Below, in pieces: positions 52,039 through 62,024 of a DNA stretch of 64,000 bases. The position numbers and the translations under genes were made by a program. The DNA is from Spirochaetaceae bacterium (lineage in GTDB: Bacteria > Spirochaetota > Spirochaetia > DSM-2461), in assembly GCA_965224705.1 (NCBI GenBank), contig OZ245056.1, positions 352,001-416,000 on the forward strand, given 5' to 3'. Under the pieces are notes generated by a model that did no database searches, was not told the DNA's origin, and saw only the letters and a list, made by a program, of their open reading frames with translations. How positions within the stretch are numbered: position 1 is the stretch's first letter; every line of letters begins with the position of its first letter.

Positions 52039-52771
52039 AGATATTTCCTTTAAGGTGACGTCCGCCATCAACAAAAATTACCTGACCGGTGACAAAAGTT
52101 GCCTGTACAAGGTATAGAACGGCCTCAGCCACATCATAAGGATTTCCGCAGGTGTTCAATGGGTTGGATGCAGCCATTTTTTCCATCCAGAATTCATCCT
52201 TCTCTCCAGGTTGTAGAATAATTCCGGGAGCAACGGCATTGACGGTGATGTCCGGTGCATATTCTACAGCTAGATCGCAGGTGACAGCGTGCAGCGCACG
52301 TTTAGCCAGATGATATGAGGCATGCGAAGGGTTCCTATCGGCGTAACGTGTATCAAGAATATTGACAACAGTCCCGGGTCTGCCACTTTGTTTCATAGCC
52401 CTCATCATCGCAAGAGGGGAGAGAACCTGCACAGCCATGGCCCTGGTAAGAGATGTGAAGTTAACTTCATCATAAGTATCTTGAGGATAGTCGCATGCAG
52501 AATTGACCAGAATATCGATACCAGAATGCTGTTGACTGAGGCCAGTAAACCAATGGGTTGTACCATCGCAGATTTCAAGATCATGGCAGGTTAGAACGGC
52601 ATGCCGCCCCATCTTTTTTATTCTATTGACCACATCCATTCCGTCGTCATCAGGTTGGTTTCGGCTGTGAACAATGATGTCAGAACCGTTTTCTGCCAGT
52701 TTTAATGCTATAATCTCTCCCAACCGATTCTTTGAACCAGTTACCAGAGCCGTTTTGCCTTCCAATCCCAT
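52028..52771 (-). CDS. SDR, pteridine reductase (FolM/PTR1-like)
   Basis: ALVTGSKNRLG, YHLAK, VNAVAPG, VTGQVIFVDGG; coupled to folB. Confidence 0.8.
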   Translation of the reverse strand: MGLEGKTALVTGSKNRLGEIIALKLAENGSDIIVHSRNQPDDDGMDVVNRIKKMGRHAVLTCHDLEICDGTTHWFTGLSQQHSGIDILVNSACDYPQDTYDEVNFTSLTRAMAVQVLSPLAMMRAMKQSGRPGTVVNILDTRYADRNPSHASYHLAKRALHAVTCDLAVEYAPDITVNAVAPGIILQPGEKDEFWMEKMAASNPLNTCGNPYDVAEAVLYLVQATFVTGQVIFVDGGRHLKGNIYGH

Positions 52772-52815
52772 TCAATAAGAATAACTCTGACAGAGTTGTT
52801 TAGCAAGATTTTTGA

Positions 52816-52844
52816 TTGACATCAGCCGAATCATGTCTTATACT
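52816..52844 (+). promoter_or_regulatory. Sigma70 promoter of rpoZ-miaA
   Basis: TTGACA-17 bp-TATACT. Confidence 0.7.
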
Positions 52845-52884
52845 TGATTCAGAAAACATCAAATAGATACCTTAGAGGCAGTAT

Positions 52885-53094
52885 ATGGCGAAACTGATTT
52901 CTAATATTCCCATGGAAAGATTAGTATCCAGTGCAAAAAATATGTATGAATTAACGAATGCCGCTATCCATAGAGCCAAGCAAATTACTATAGCCGGTTC
53001 AGAACATCTGGAAGAGGCGGGTGGAAAAATAGTACCTCTTGCAATAAAAGAGATTATTACCGAAGAGGTTCAGTATAATTCGAAAGGAGACTGA
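52885..53094 (+). CDS. rpoZ: RNA polymerase omega subunit
   Basis: NMYELTNAAIHRAKQI...KIVPLAIKEI, omega-like; upstream of miaA. Confidence 0.8.
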   Translation: MAKLISNIPMERLVSSAKNMYELTNAAIHRAKQITIAGSEHLEEAGGKIVPLAIKEIITEEVQYNSKGD

Positions 53095-53110
53095 TCGTCC
53101 AAGAACTGTA

Positions 53111-54031
53111 TTGCTCTTCGGCCCTACAGGTGTGGGTAAAACAGCTATAATAGAAAAAGTTTTTGCAGATACTGCCGAAATAATCAGTGCCGATTCCTTA
53201 CAGGTTTACCGTGGATTGAATATTGGCAGTGCAAAGCCAGGAACTGCAATTCTTAATCATCTACCTCATCATCTAATAGATATTCTGAATATTGATCAGA
53301 GTTTCGATGTCGGTGATTTTTGTCATCTCTGTGAAATCTGTATGCACGATATACTTGCAAGAGGCAAGCTTCCTGTTATTTCGGGAGGGACAGCTTTCTA
53401 CATGAAAACCTGGTTAATGGGTTTACCACGAACTCCAGCCATTGACTTGAAGATACGTGAAAAAGTAAAAAAACAGTGGTTAAAAGCTGGCAATGATGAG
53501 ATTCATCAAGCACTTAGCATAATTGATCCAGAAAGTGCAGAACGAATACCTTCGGGTGATCGTTACCGAATGCTGAGAGCATTGGAAGTGTATGAACAAT
53601 GCCGAAAACCTTTATCCATTTTCAAGATTCCAGATAAACCCAGAGATGATATTGATTACTTATTGATAGGACTCAGGCGTACTCGTGAAGATTTACACCG
53701 TAGAATTGAGGAAAGAGTTGAGTCAATGATAAGTGCTGGTTTAGAGATGGAAGCAAAGTACCTGTACAGTCTGGGAGCAACAGATCTGGATCCGGGAATG
53801 AAGGGAATTGGATATAAGGAATGGCTGGGAACAAAGGAAAACCCTTCTCCCTCATTGGAAGAAGTAAAGAAACTCATAATCCAGAACACCAGGCGTTATG
53901 CGAAACGTCAGATGACTTTTTTTACGAAACTGCCTGATGTCGTCTGGATAGATGCAGGTGATGAAGGAAAAACTGCCGATGAAATCTCGAAGATCATAAC
54001 GGAATTTGAGATATCCTGTTTTATCCCTTGA
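53111..54031 (+). CDS. miaA: tRNA dimethylallyltransferase
   Basis: GPTGVGKT, SADSLQVY, GGTAFY, RALEV, IGYKE, TRRYAKRQMT. Start uncertain. Confidence 0.95.
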   Translation: MLFGPTGVGKTAIIEKVFADTAEIISADSLQVYRGLNIGSAKPGTAILNHLPHHLIDILNIDQSFDVGDFCHLCEICMHDILARGKLPVISGGTAFYMKTWLMGLPRTPAIDLKIREKVKKQWLKAGNDEIHQALSIIDPESAERIPSGDRYRMLRALEVYEQCRKPLSIFKIPDKPRDDIDYLLIGLRRTREDLHRRIEERVESMISAGLEMEAKYLYSLGATDLDPGMKGIGYKEWLGTKENPSPSLEEVKKLIIQNTRRYAKRQMTFFTKLPDVVWIDAGDEGKTADEISKIITEFEISCFIP

Positions 54032-54056
54032 CCAAGCTGGCTTCGACCATCATAAT
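54028..54056 (+). promoter_or_regulatory. Sigma70 promoter of the bS22-like gene
   Basis: TTGACC-17 bp-CATAAT. Confidence 0.6.
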
Positions 54057-54117
54057 TCACCTGATTCGGGGATCATTGCTTTTGCTCCCCCTGTTCTAGT
54101 AAAGAGGAGAGCTGACT

Positions 54118-54207
54118 GTGCCCTGTGGACGCAAACGGAAAAGGAAAAAAATTACCACACACAAACGTAAGAAAAAACTCAGAAAAAATAGACATAAGAA
54201 TAAGTAA
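54118..54207 (+). CDS. Small basic ribosomal protein bS22-like (AURKAIP1/COX24/mS38 domain), 29 aa
   Basis: GTG start after AGAGGAG; MPCGRKRKRKKITTHKRKKKLRKNRHKNK; below the ORF-track cutoff. Confidence 0.88.
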   Translation: MPCGRKRKRKKITTHKRKKKLRKNRHKNK

Positions 54208-54569
54208 AACCGGTACTCGAAGAAGTATATGAGTGGAATCAGGAAAACAAGATGCCTGTACCTGCCATTAATGCAGTCTGGATTCTGCCGATGATCAATG
54301 AGTGGAAATCCTGATTTGCTGCTTCTCATACCCTGTGAGAGCCGCTGGTGATTGGCAGAGGAGATTTTACCGAAAAGGCACAACACGACTGTGTGATTCT
54401 TGATGTGGTTACCCAAAGTTCATATTCCAAAGTACTCAACCTGATGGGTGCTGCTTGATAGCGAATCCACGTCTATCCGACATGTGAGGTCTGTTCGCAC
54501 ATCCAGGTTCAAGTTCAATGACATCTGCCCTGGAATGTATGGATGAGTTCTTCGAGGCTGGCTGGATTA

Positions 54570-55097
54570 CTACAGAGGTACAACCTTACCGATATAGGGC
54601 AAATTCCGGTGCTTCTGGGCATAATCAATGCCGAATCCTATCACGAAAACATCGGGAATCTTAAACCCGACATAGTCCACATCGACCCTGGTTTCCCGGC
54701 GGTCAGGTTTGTCGAGCAGTGTGCAGATACGCAGAGAAGCTGGTTCTCTCAAGAGGAGGAGTTCTCGAACTTTGGCCAGAGTAGATCCAGTGTCAATGAT
54801 ATCCTCAACTATAATAACATTCAGTCCCCGTATATCTTCCGCCAGGTCTTTTTCAATACATACATCATGAGAGGGAATGGTTTCGTTCCCATAGCTGCTG
54901 ACAACCATGAAGTCCATTTTAACTTCCAAATCTATTAACCGGGCAAGATCAGCCAGAAAAACAACGGAACCACGCAGCAAGCCCACAAGAACAATATCCT
55001 CCTGGCCACGATATTCCTCTTCGATTTCCATGGCCAGTTCAGCAACCCTTTTTTGAATTTTTTCAGCCGACAGTAACTCATCAATACGATATTCCAT
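54570..55097 (-). CDS. hpt: Hypoxanthine phosphoribosyltransferase
   Basis: [41 protein letters not shown]; start at MEYRID. Confidence 0.95.
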   Translation of the reverse strand: MEYRIDELLSAEKIQKRVAELAMEIEEEYRGQEDIVLVGLLRGSVVFLADLARLIDLEVKMDFMVVSSYGNETIPSHDVCIEKDLAEDIRGLNVIIVEDIIDTGSTLAKVRELLLLREPASLRICTLLDKPDRRETRVDVDYVGFKIPDVFVIGFGIDYAQKHRNLPYIGKVVPL

Positions 55098-55268
55098 TCT
55101 GCATCCCTCTTTGTGATTTATTCTAACATATGTTATCAATAAGATAAATCTGTTCTCTGTCAACTGCATCAATCCGCAGACTGGAGGCTGGATAACGAAT
55201 CTTCTGAGCAAGTTCAGGCTGAGTCAGGAGGAAAAAACTGCTGTATCAAGGAGAGAGGTATCCAAAGG

Positions 55269-55324
55269 TGCATCGGAAAAAAATCATCAGAAATCGCCTT
55301 GAAGCCTTAAAGTCCGACAGACTC
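55269..55324. repeat. Partial family B MITE (one end)
   Basis: ...AAATCGCCTTGAAGCCTTAAAGTCCGACAGACTC followed by CTGG. Confidence 0.85.
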
Positions 55325-55398
55325 CTGGAGCGCAGGGGAACACATTGATTTTTTCAGTACCTGTCGTATAATGAAAGCATTGGAATGAAGAAATATCA

Positions 55399-56028
55399 AT
55401 GATAGACAAACTCAACAATATTTCCTCCGAATCCGTCCTGAAAGCTACCGGGCGTGACTGGGACGAGTGGATAGCCTTTATCAGGGAATCTGGCGGCGAT
55501 AATATGGATCATCGGGAGTTGGTGCATCTGGCAGGAACGGCAGGTCAGGTAGAGAGTCTGTGGTGGCAGCAGAGTGTGGCGGTGGGTTATGAATTTGCCA
55601 GAGGCCGCCGGGTAACCGGTCAGACAGAAGATGCTGGTTTCCAACTTGGGGTTCAGCGGACTGTTCCCATGAATCAGAAAACCCTCTGGCAACTGCTCTT
55701 CAGCGAGGCGGGACTGACAATATGGCTCGGTAAAACGAAAGGTATTTCCCTGGAGCCTGGTTCGATTTTTAAAACAAGCGATGGTACCAGTGGTGAGATT
55801 CGCCGGACAAAACCAGGCGAACGCATTCGTCTGCGATTGAACGGGCGACCCATTAATCATCCAATAACCATGCAGATAACGCTGACCTGCTCCCGTAATA
55901 CGGCATCAAGAACAACTCTGCGCTTCCATGCAGAGAAACTCCACTCTGAGGAAGAAAGAAACACGCTTCGAAAACACTGGAATAATCTCTTCGACGCCTT
56001 GATTCATCTTGCAAAGAATCAGATATGA
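55399..56028 (+). CDS. SRPBCC (AHSA1-like) domain protein
   Basis: KATGRDWDEW, WWQQSVAVGYE, C-terminal TTLRFHAEKL...KHW. Confidence 0.7.
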   Translation: MIDKLNNISSESVLKATGRDWDEWIAFIRESGGDNMDHRELVHLAGTAGQVESLWWQQSVAVGYEFARGRRVTGQTEDAGFQLGVQRTVPMNQKTLWQLLFSEAGLTIWLGKTKGISLEPGSIFKTSDGTSGEIRRTKPGERIRLRLNGRPINHPITMQITLTCSRNTASRTTLRFHAEKLHSEEERNTLRKHWNNLFDALIHLAKNQI

Positions 56029-56217
56029 ACAAATCGCTGGAATAGAAATCAATCCCGCCTGAAACAAGTCAAAGGACCCGCCTCCTTGAATGGCCCGGAA
56101 ACTCAGGGCGGCCTCATAATACTTTCCGGAGTTCAATCCATAAGTATCCACAAACCATTGGGAAAAGTATGTTTTCACTGCATGCCGTCGATGGTTTATT
56201 GAGAACTCCATATTGCA

Positions 56218-56440
56218 GTGTCAGAAAGCTTGGCTTGTTAGATGCAGCAATCGATTCCATCAGAAACTAATATATTATAGGGAAACAATGTACAATACAT
56301 ATTACCGAGAAAGTTCCTCATCGCCCAGGAGAGCATCCGCCGAATTACAACTGTCAATCAGTAATAAACAACTATATCAGGCAAAAGTTTCCACCCGGCT
56401 CAATTAAAATGAGCCCAGGGTATAACAAGCTTCCTGACAC
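56218..56440. mobile_element. Family A MITE, ~220-bp subtype (reverse orientation, diverged)
   Basis: GTGTCAGAAAGCTT...CCAGGGTATAACAAGCTTCCTGACAC. Confidence 0.87.
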
Positions 56441-56491
56441 AACTCTGGTCAGGGTACAACAGGTTTTTGACACAGACTGCTGACAGGACCT

Positions 56492-56941
56492 TCAGTCCCC
56501 CTGGATGTTTTCCAAACTCTTATCCAGGGCATGCCAGGCCAATGCGGCACATTTCACGCGCAAAGGAAATTTCACCACTCCCCCAAGCACGGCAAGATCA
56601 CCCCATTCATCCAATCGCTCTGGAGACTCATCCCCTCGCAGAACGCTGAGAAAAACACGAATGAATTCCCTCGCTTCACGAGGATTTTTTCCCGGAAGCC
56701 GTTCGGTCATAAGGGAGGCCGATGCGGTACTGATGGCACAGCCGTGACCATCATGTTTAACCTCCCGAATCAGACCGTTATCATCCAGAATAACCTCAAT
56801 TTTCACCGTATCGCCACAGGATGGGTTCTCATGGACAGCATCCTCATTCAGATGGGAAAGATCAGCCCGATTGCGGGGAGACTTATAGTGATCCAGGATG
56901 ATTTCCATATAGAGGTCATCCAGATTATCAATCTGCTGCAT
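56492..56941 (-). CDS. sufU: SUF system sulfur-transfer protein SufU
   Basis: LYMEIILDHY, NPSCGD, GCAISTAS, RVKCA. Confidence 0.94.
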   Translation of the reverse strand: MQQIDNLDDLYMEIILDHYKSPRNRADLSHLNEDAVHENPSCGDTVKIEVILDDNGLIREVKHDGHGCAISTASASLMTERLPGKNPREAREFIRVFLSVLRGDESPERLDEWGDLAVLGGVVKFPLRVKCAALAWHALDKSLENIQGD

Positions 56942-58215
56942 TATTTGAAATACTCCTGAACTTCCTTGACTGCATCAACCAGTTGATCAATGTCGTCAGT
57001 TGTATTGTAGGGGGCAAGAGAAGCTCTGGCGGTTGATGGGATGCCCATCAACCGCATTGCAGGCTGGGCACAGTGATGACCAGAGCGAACAGCTATTCCC
57101 CGGGTGTTTAAAAACTGGGCTGCGTCATGACTGTGTACACCCTCAATATTGAAGGAAAACACCCCCCTTCGACGGTCAGAACTGCCGGGGCCATAGAGAG
57201 TCAATCCCTCCAGATCAGTTAATCTTGCAAGGGCATACTCCTCCAGTTTTGCCGCCCGGTTTTCCAGACGGTCAATGCCGGTAGCCGACATCCAGTCCAG
57301 CGCCGCCGCCAGACCAACAGCAGCCGCAACATCCGGGGTACCGGCCTCAAATTTATAAGGAAGTTCGTTCCATGTTGACTTCTCCGGCTTAACAATGGAA
57401 ATCATCTCTCCCCCAGTCTGCCAGGGAGGCATCCTTTCCAGCCAGGATTCCCGTCCCCATACAACTCCGGAACCCATGGGACCGTACACCTTATGCCCAC
57501 TGAAGACAAGAAAATCCGCCCCGGTCGCCAATGCATCCACCGGTAGATGGGGCATGGATTGAGCGGCATCCAGAACCAGAGGAATATTCCTCTCCCGGCT
57601 CCAACTGGATATGGCCCGCACTGGATTGATGGTTCCAAAGGCATTGGAAATATGTGCCACGGCCGTAATTTTCACCCTCTCACTCCGGCCATCTTTATCC
57701 AGATCGTTCAGGAAATCCAGGTCAAGGGTGCCGTCAAGGAAGGCGGGGATGAGAAGAAGTTCGGCCCCCTTGCGTTTGGCCGCCTGCTGCCAGGGAACAA
57801 AATTGGCGTGGTGCTCAAGTGTACTGACCAGGATAATATCGCCGCTTCCAACCAGTAATTCCGACAGAGACCATGCCAGAAGATTCAGTCCCCCCGTAGT
57901 ACTTCGAGTAAAAATCACCTCCCGGGGCGACGAGGCATTCAAGTAGCGCTCAATGGTTCGCCGGGCATTTTCAAATGCCATTGTTGACCTTTCGGCCAGA
58001 TCATACAGGGAACGGTGAACATTGGCATTGTCATTCCGGTAATACCTGTCCATGGCCGTTAAAACCATTTCCGGTTTCTGACTGCTGGCAGCATTATCCA
58101 GGTACACCAGATCAGGATTGTTCATCAGGAGGGGAAACTGCTTCTTAATGCCATCATCAATGGGTTCACGGGAATCCTGGAAAGGCCGGAAACAATGAGC
58201 AGAATGGGGGTTCAT
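56941..58215 (-). CDS. sufS: Cysteine desulfurase SufS
   Basis: YLDNAASSQKP, EHHAN, FSGHK, FEAGTP, RSGHHCAQP. Confidence 0.96.
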   Translation of the reverse strand: MNPHSAHCFRPFQDSREPIDDGIKKQFPLLMNNPDLVYLDNAASSQKPEMVLTAMDRYYRNDNANVHRSLYDLAERSTMAFENARRTIERYLNASSPREVIFTRSTTGGLNLLAWSLSELLVGSGDIILVSTLEHHANFVPWQQAAKRKGAELLLIPAFLDGTLDLDFLNDLDKDGRSERVKITAVAHISNAFGTINPVRAISSWSRERNIPLVLDAAQSMPHLPVDALATGADFLVFSGHKVYGPMGSGVVWGRESWLERMPPWQTGGEMISIVKPEKSTWNELPYKFEAGTPDVAAAVGLAAALDWMSATGIDRLENRAAKLEEYALARLTDLEGLTLYGPGSSDRRRGVFSFNIEGVHSHDAAQFLNTRGIAVRSGHHCAQPAMRLMGIPSTARASLAPYNTTDDIDQLVDAVKEVQEYFK

Positions 58216-58224
58216 ACAAACTCT

Positions 58225-58557
58225 CTAGGCATAATCAGGCAGTTCCACCCACAGTTCTTCCCCTCTCTGTTCTATGGCATAGGCCGGTACATCCTCCAGG
58301 GCCGGCAAACCGCGAACCTCCCCGGATCGGCAGTCGAATGAAGAACCATGTTTATTACAGTACACCCTGTCGTTCCATATTTCCCCCTCCGAAAGCTTTG
58401 AAAACTCATGGGAACAGGTATCTTCCAGAGCCCCCCAGCCCTCGGACATTTTGAATAAAACCAAGTCATACCCTTCCACATCAACGGCCATTACCTGCCG
58501 TCCTGCCGGTAATTTCTCAATGTCAGATGCGTTTGCAACATTTATCCAGCGTCCCAT
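58225..58557 (-). CDS. Rieske-type [2Fe-2S] ferredoxin
   Basis: CSH...CNKHGSSFD. Confidence 0.9.
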   Translation of the reverse strand: MGRWINVANASDIEKLPAGRQVMAVDVEGYDLVLFKMSEGWGALEDTCSHEFSKLSEGEIWNDRVYCNKHGSSFDCRSGEVRGLPALEDVPAYAIEQRGEELWVELPDYA

Positions 58558-58563
58558 AGTCCC

Positions 58564-59829
58564 CTACTCCTTCCCCAATGCAGCATCAATATCCTCTGAA
58601 AGTATGTCAATCATCACTTCGTGACTGCCGTCGATCACCTCGGTCAGGAATCCCCTGGTAATCTCCCGGACCGCCTCATCTGGTGAATACCCCCGGCTTT
58701 GAAGGTAGAACAACTGTCCTTCGTCTATTTTTCCCGTTGTGGATCCATGACTGCATTTCACATCATCGGTAAGAATGTTCAACTGAGGGATGGAATCCGC
58801 ACGGGCATCTTCTGAAAGGATGAGGTTTTTATTGGTAAGATAGGCATCGGTTTTCACTGCTTTCGGATAAACATTGATGAGGCCCTGGAAGATGGTTCGG
58901 CCCCCACCCGATACAGCCCCCTTGTAGAGGGAATTTGAAGTGGCATTGGGACTGGCATGATCCTGAAGTATCCCAATATCCTTGTGTTGACCTTCTTTTG
59001 CAACATAGAGACCATTCAATCCGGCATCGGCCCCTTCTCCGGCCAGAACCACGCGGGAAAGAGTCTTCACCAATGAACCACCAAGATGGGATTCCACGAA
59101 TCCGATGTATCCATCCCTCTCCACCCTGAAGCAGTTTGAAGAGAAGAACACAGCATTGTTATCAAGATTCTGCCTCAGGGCTATGTATGCCCGGGAATTG
59201 TTTCCGGATTGACTTGTTATACCGGCATTCACTACCGGTCTCTGTTCAGATCCTGGAGCAGGATCACTTCTGAAACTCCACAAAACACTGAGTTCGCTGT
59301 TTGTTCCTGTAATGAAATGAAGGTGGGGAGCGGCATATGAATTGACCCCATTTTCCTCAGCCCTGATGGTTTCCTCAATGATTACAGGAAGTCCAATTCG
59401 TCTCCCCTCAGGCAGCTCCAATACCAGCGAACCGGGGCAATCCCGCCAGTGCCAGGCCGAGATCCGGTTGGGATTGCGACTCAACTCTTCCAGCCCCATC
59501 TTCATCTGATCGGCTGGGAAATCGTCGGGGTTCACCCAGGACAGATTTAAACCGGCCTCCTCAGCCTCTTCCGAAACCGCCATGCCCACGAGCCGACCGG
59601 ATTCAGTGATAACACGTGCAGCATATCTCTCAGGAAGCTGCGGTGTCAGGGAATCTTTTACACTGGACCCGTGTTGGTTTATGGAATGAGCGGCCGTTTC
59701 ACTCAGGAATCCTTTTTTTAATAGGCGGCCAAGATCTGTACGCCGCCAGGCTTCCTCATCAGTCCCTGGCCATGAAAGCTTTTCAAAAAGATCGGCGGCT
59801 TTTGTCCTCAATTGGTTAAGCTCCGCCAT
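58564..59829 (-). CDS. sufD: Fe-S cluster assembly protein SufD
   Basis: EAWRRT, FQGLINV, SIPQLNI, DDVKCSHG, FYLQSRG. Confidence 0.92.
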   Translation of the reverse strand: MAELNQLRTKAADLFEKLSWPGTDEEAWRRTDLGRLLKKGFLSETAAHSINQHGSSVKDSLTPQLPERYAARVITESGRLVGMAVSEEAEEAGLNLSWVNPDDFPADQMKMGLEELSRNPNRISAWHWRDCPGSLVLELPEGRRIGLPVIIEETIRAEENGVNSYAAPHLHFITGTNSELSVLWSFRSDPAPGSEQRPVVNAGITSQSGNNSRAYIALRQNLDNNAVFFSSNCFRVERDGYIGFVESHLGGSLVKTLSRVVLAGEGADAGLNGLYVAKEGQHKDIGILQDHASPNATSNSLYKGAVSGGGRTIFQGLINVYPKAVKTDAYLTNKNLILSEDARADSIPQLNILTDDVKCSHGSTTGKIDEGQLFYLQSRGYSPDEAVREITRGFLTEVIDGSHEVMIDILSEDIDAALGKE

Positions 59830-61235
59830 TAACCGACACTCCCTTCCATTTCCAGTTCAATCAGCCGGTTGAGTTCCACCGCGTATTCCATTGGAAGCTG
59901 CTTCACCAGGGGATCCAGAAATCCATTGACAATCATCATGGAAGCCTCCTCTGCCGAGAGACCGCGTGCCATAAGGTAGAAGAGTTGATCTTCACTGATC
60001 TTACTCACACGAGCCTCATGTTCCATCGAAACATCATCGGATTCTATTTCCATATAAGGAAAAGTCTTACTTCTGGAATTCTCATCAAGAATCAAAGCAT
60101 CGCAAACCACATGACTCTTGATGTTGTGCAATCCTTCTGTCACTTTGATCAATCCCCTGTAAGTGGCGGTACCGCCGTCCTTACTGATAGATTTTGATGT
60201 GATAACACTGGATGTGTTGGAGGCATTATGCACTATTTTGCCCCCAGTATCCTGCTCCTGATTCTTTCCGCCAAAGGCAATGGATAATACTTCGCCGTGG
60301 GCACCTTCTCCCATCAGATACACAGACGGATACTTCATGGTTCTCTTGGAACCGATGTTCCCGTCCACCCATTCCACAGTGGCTCCTTCCTTCGCCACCG
60401 CACGTTTGGTTACCAGGTTATACACATCCCCGGACCAGTTTTGAATGGTCGAATAGCGGACCCTGGCTCCTTTTTCAGCAATGATTTCCACAACTGCGCT
60501 GTGCAGGGAGTCGGTTGTGTATACAGGAGCCGTACAACCTTCGATGTAGTGCACAAAGCTGTTTTCATCAACGATGATGAGAGTGCGTTCAAATTGACCG
60601 AAATTCTCAGAGTTAATCCGAAAATACGCCTGGAGAGGAATATCGACATGCACATTCGGCGGAACATAGATGAAACTCCCCCCGGACCACACCGCCGTAT
60701 TGAGAGCCGCAAATTTATTGTCGTTAAAAGAAATGACTGTACCAAAGTGTTTTCTGACGATTTCAGGATGCTCGGCGACAGCCTGTTCCGGGCTGAGAAA
60801 CAATACACCCTGTTGTTCCAGTTCCTGTTTGATGGAGTGGTACACAACTTCCGAGTCATATTGGGCCCCAACTCCGGCAAGAAAATTCTTCTCAGCATCC
60901 GGAAGACCCAGTTTATTGTAGGTTTCCAGAATGTCTTCGGGCAAATCCTCCCAGGATTTTACAACTTCATTTGCAGGTTTGGCATAGTAATAGATATCTT
61001 CGAAATCAATATCACCGATGTCAGCGCCCCAATTTGGCATGGGTTTCCGGCGGAAAGCTCCAAGTGCTCTCAACCGGGATTCAAGCATCCAATCCGGTTC
61101 ATTTTTCTGGGCACTGATGGCACGAACAACATTCTCACTCAAACCCTTCCCCGGCTTGTATACTGACTTATCCTCATAGGAAAAACCATATTGGTAATCA
61201 TCCAGTCCGGCGACTGGAATCTGTGCCTCGCTCAT
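59829..61235 (-). CDS. sufB: Fe-S cluster assembly protein SufB
   Basis: AQYDSEVVY, WSGGSFIYVP, GQFERTLII, YIEGCTAP, TMKYPS, HEARVSK. Confidence 0.97.
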   Translation of the reverse strand: MSEAQIPVAGLDDYQYGFSYEDKSVYKPGKGLSENVVRAISAQKNEPDWMLESRLRALGAFRRKPMPNWGADIGDIDFEDIYYYAKPANEVVKSWEDLPEDILETYNKLGLPDAEKNFLAGVGAQYDSEVVYHSIKQELEQQGVLFLSPEQAVAEHPEIVRKHFGTVISFNDNKFAALNTAVWSGGSFIYVPPNVHVDIPLQAYFRINSENFGQFERTLIIVDENSFVHYIEGCTAPVYTTDSLHSAVVEIIAEKGARVRYSTIQNWSGDVYNLVTKRAVAKEGATVEWVDGNIGSKRTMKYPSVYLMGEGAHGEVLSIAFGGKNQEQDTGGKIVHNASNTSSVITSKSISKDGGTATYRGLIKVTEGLHNIKSHVVCDALILDENSRSKTFPYMEIESDDVSMEHEARVSKISEDQLFYLMARGLSAEEASMMIVNGFLDPLVKQLPMEYAVELNRLIELEMEGSVG

Positions 61236-61978
61236 CAGCTTGCCTCCTTCAGCCAGTCATATCCCTTCTCTTCCAGATCTTCAACAATTTCAGGTCCGCC
61301 GGACAGGACGATACGGCCGTCCATCATAACATGCACCTTATCCGGCTTAATATAATCAAGAATACGCTGATAGTGAGTAATCACCAGGCATCCGAATTTG
61401 GAATTCCGGAGTTTATTGACCCCTTTGGCCACAACCTGTAAGGCATCAATATCCAGACCCGAATCGGTTTCATCCAGAACGGCGAAATCAGGCTTGAGCA
61501 TAAGCATCTGCAGAATCTCCATGCGCTTCTTCTCACCCCCGGAAAATCCCTCATTGAGATAACGGTTGATGAACTGCTGATCCATATCCATGAATTCCAT
61601 GGTACTGCGAAGTTCCCTGATGCAGGCACTGATATCGAATCGGCCTTCCTCTCCCCGACGAAGTTCCACTGCCCGTTTGAGAAACTTCCCAACAGTGATG
61701 CCCGGTACTTCCACCGGATACTGAAAGGCCAGGTAAAACCCGGCCCGTGCCCGTTCGTAAGCCTCCAGATCCAGCAAATTCACATCTCCCATGGAGAAGG
61801 AACCGCCATTGACCTCATAGTGAGGATGACCCGCCAGAACATTGGCCAATGTACTCTTACCTGATCCGTTAGGACCCATAAGGGCATGAACCTCACCGCC
61901 CGGGACTTCAAGATTGATACCATGTAATATTGATTTATCCGGTAAACCGGCCTTAAGATTTTCAATTTTCAGGTTCAT
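61235..61978 (-). CDS. sufC: Fe-S cluster assembly ATPase SufC
   Basis: GPNGSGKST, AFQYPVE, GFSGGEKKR, LDETDSGLD. Confidence 0.97.
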   Translation of the reverse strand: MNLKIENLKAGLPDKSILHGINLEVPGGEVHALMGPNGSGKSTLANVLAGHPHYEVNGGSFSMGDVNLLDLEAYERARAGFYLAFQYPVEVPGITVGKFLKRAVELRRGEEGRFDISACIRELRSTMEFMDMDQQFINRYLNEGFSGGEKKRMEILQMLMLKPDFAVLDETDSGLDIDALQVVAKGVNKLRNSKFGCLVITHYQRILDYIKPDKVHVMMDGRIVLSGGPEIVEDLEEKGYDWLKEAS

Positions 61979-62024
61979 AAAACCTCCTTCTATTTTTTAA
62001 CTGCCCTGTATTGATTCAAAGTCC

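Noticed and set aside
54210..54565. Structured ncRNA between bS22 and hpt
   Set aside because: No tmRNA, SRP, RNase P or 6S signature recognised by eye.
58490..58515. LPAGRQV in the Rieske ferredoxin as an in-frame palindromic insertion
   Set aside because: The DNA does not match the 20-nt palindrome well, and LPxG is a normal motif at this position.
60297..61166. 289-aa plus-strand ORF, and other antisense ORFs such as 4704-5219 and 42957-43463
   Set aside because: Shadow frames opposite well-conserved genes, with no recognisable motifs.
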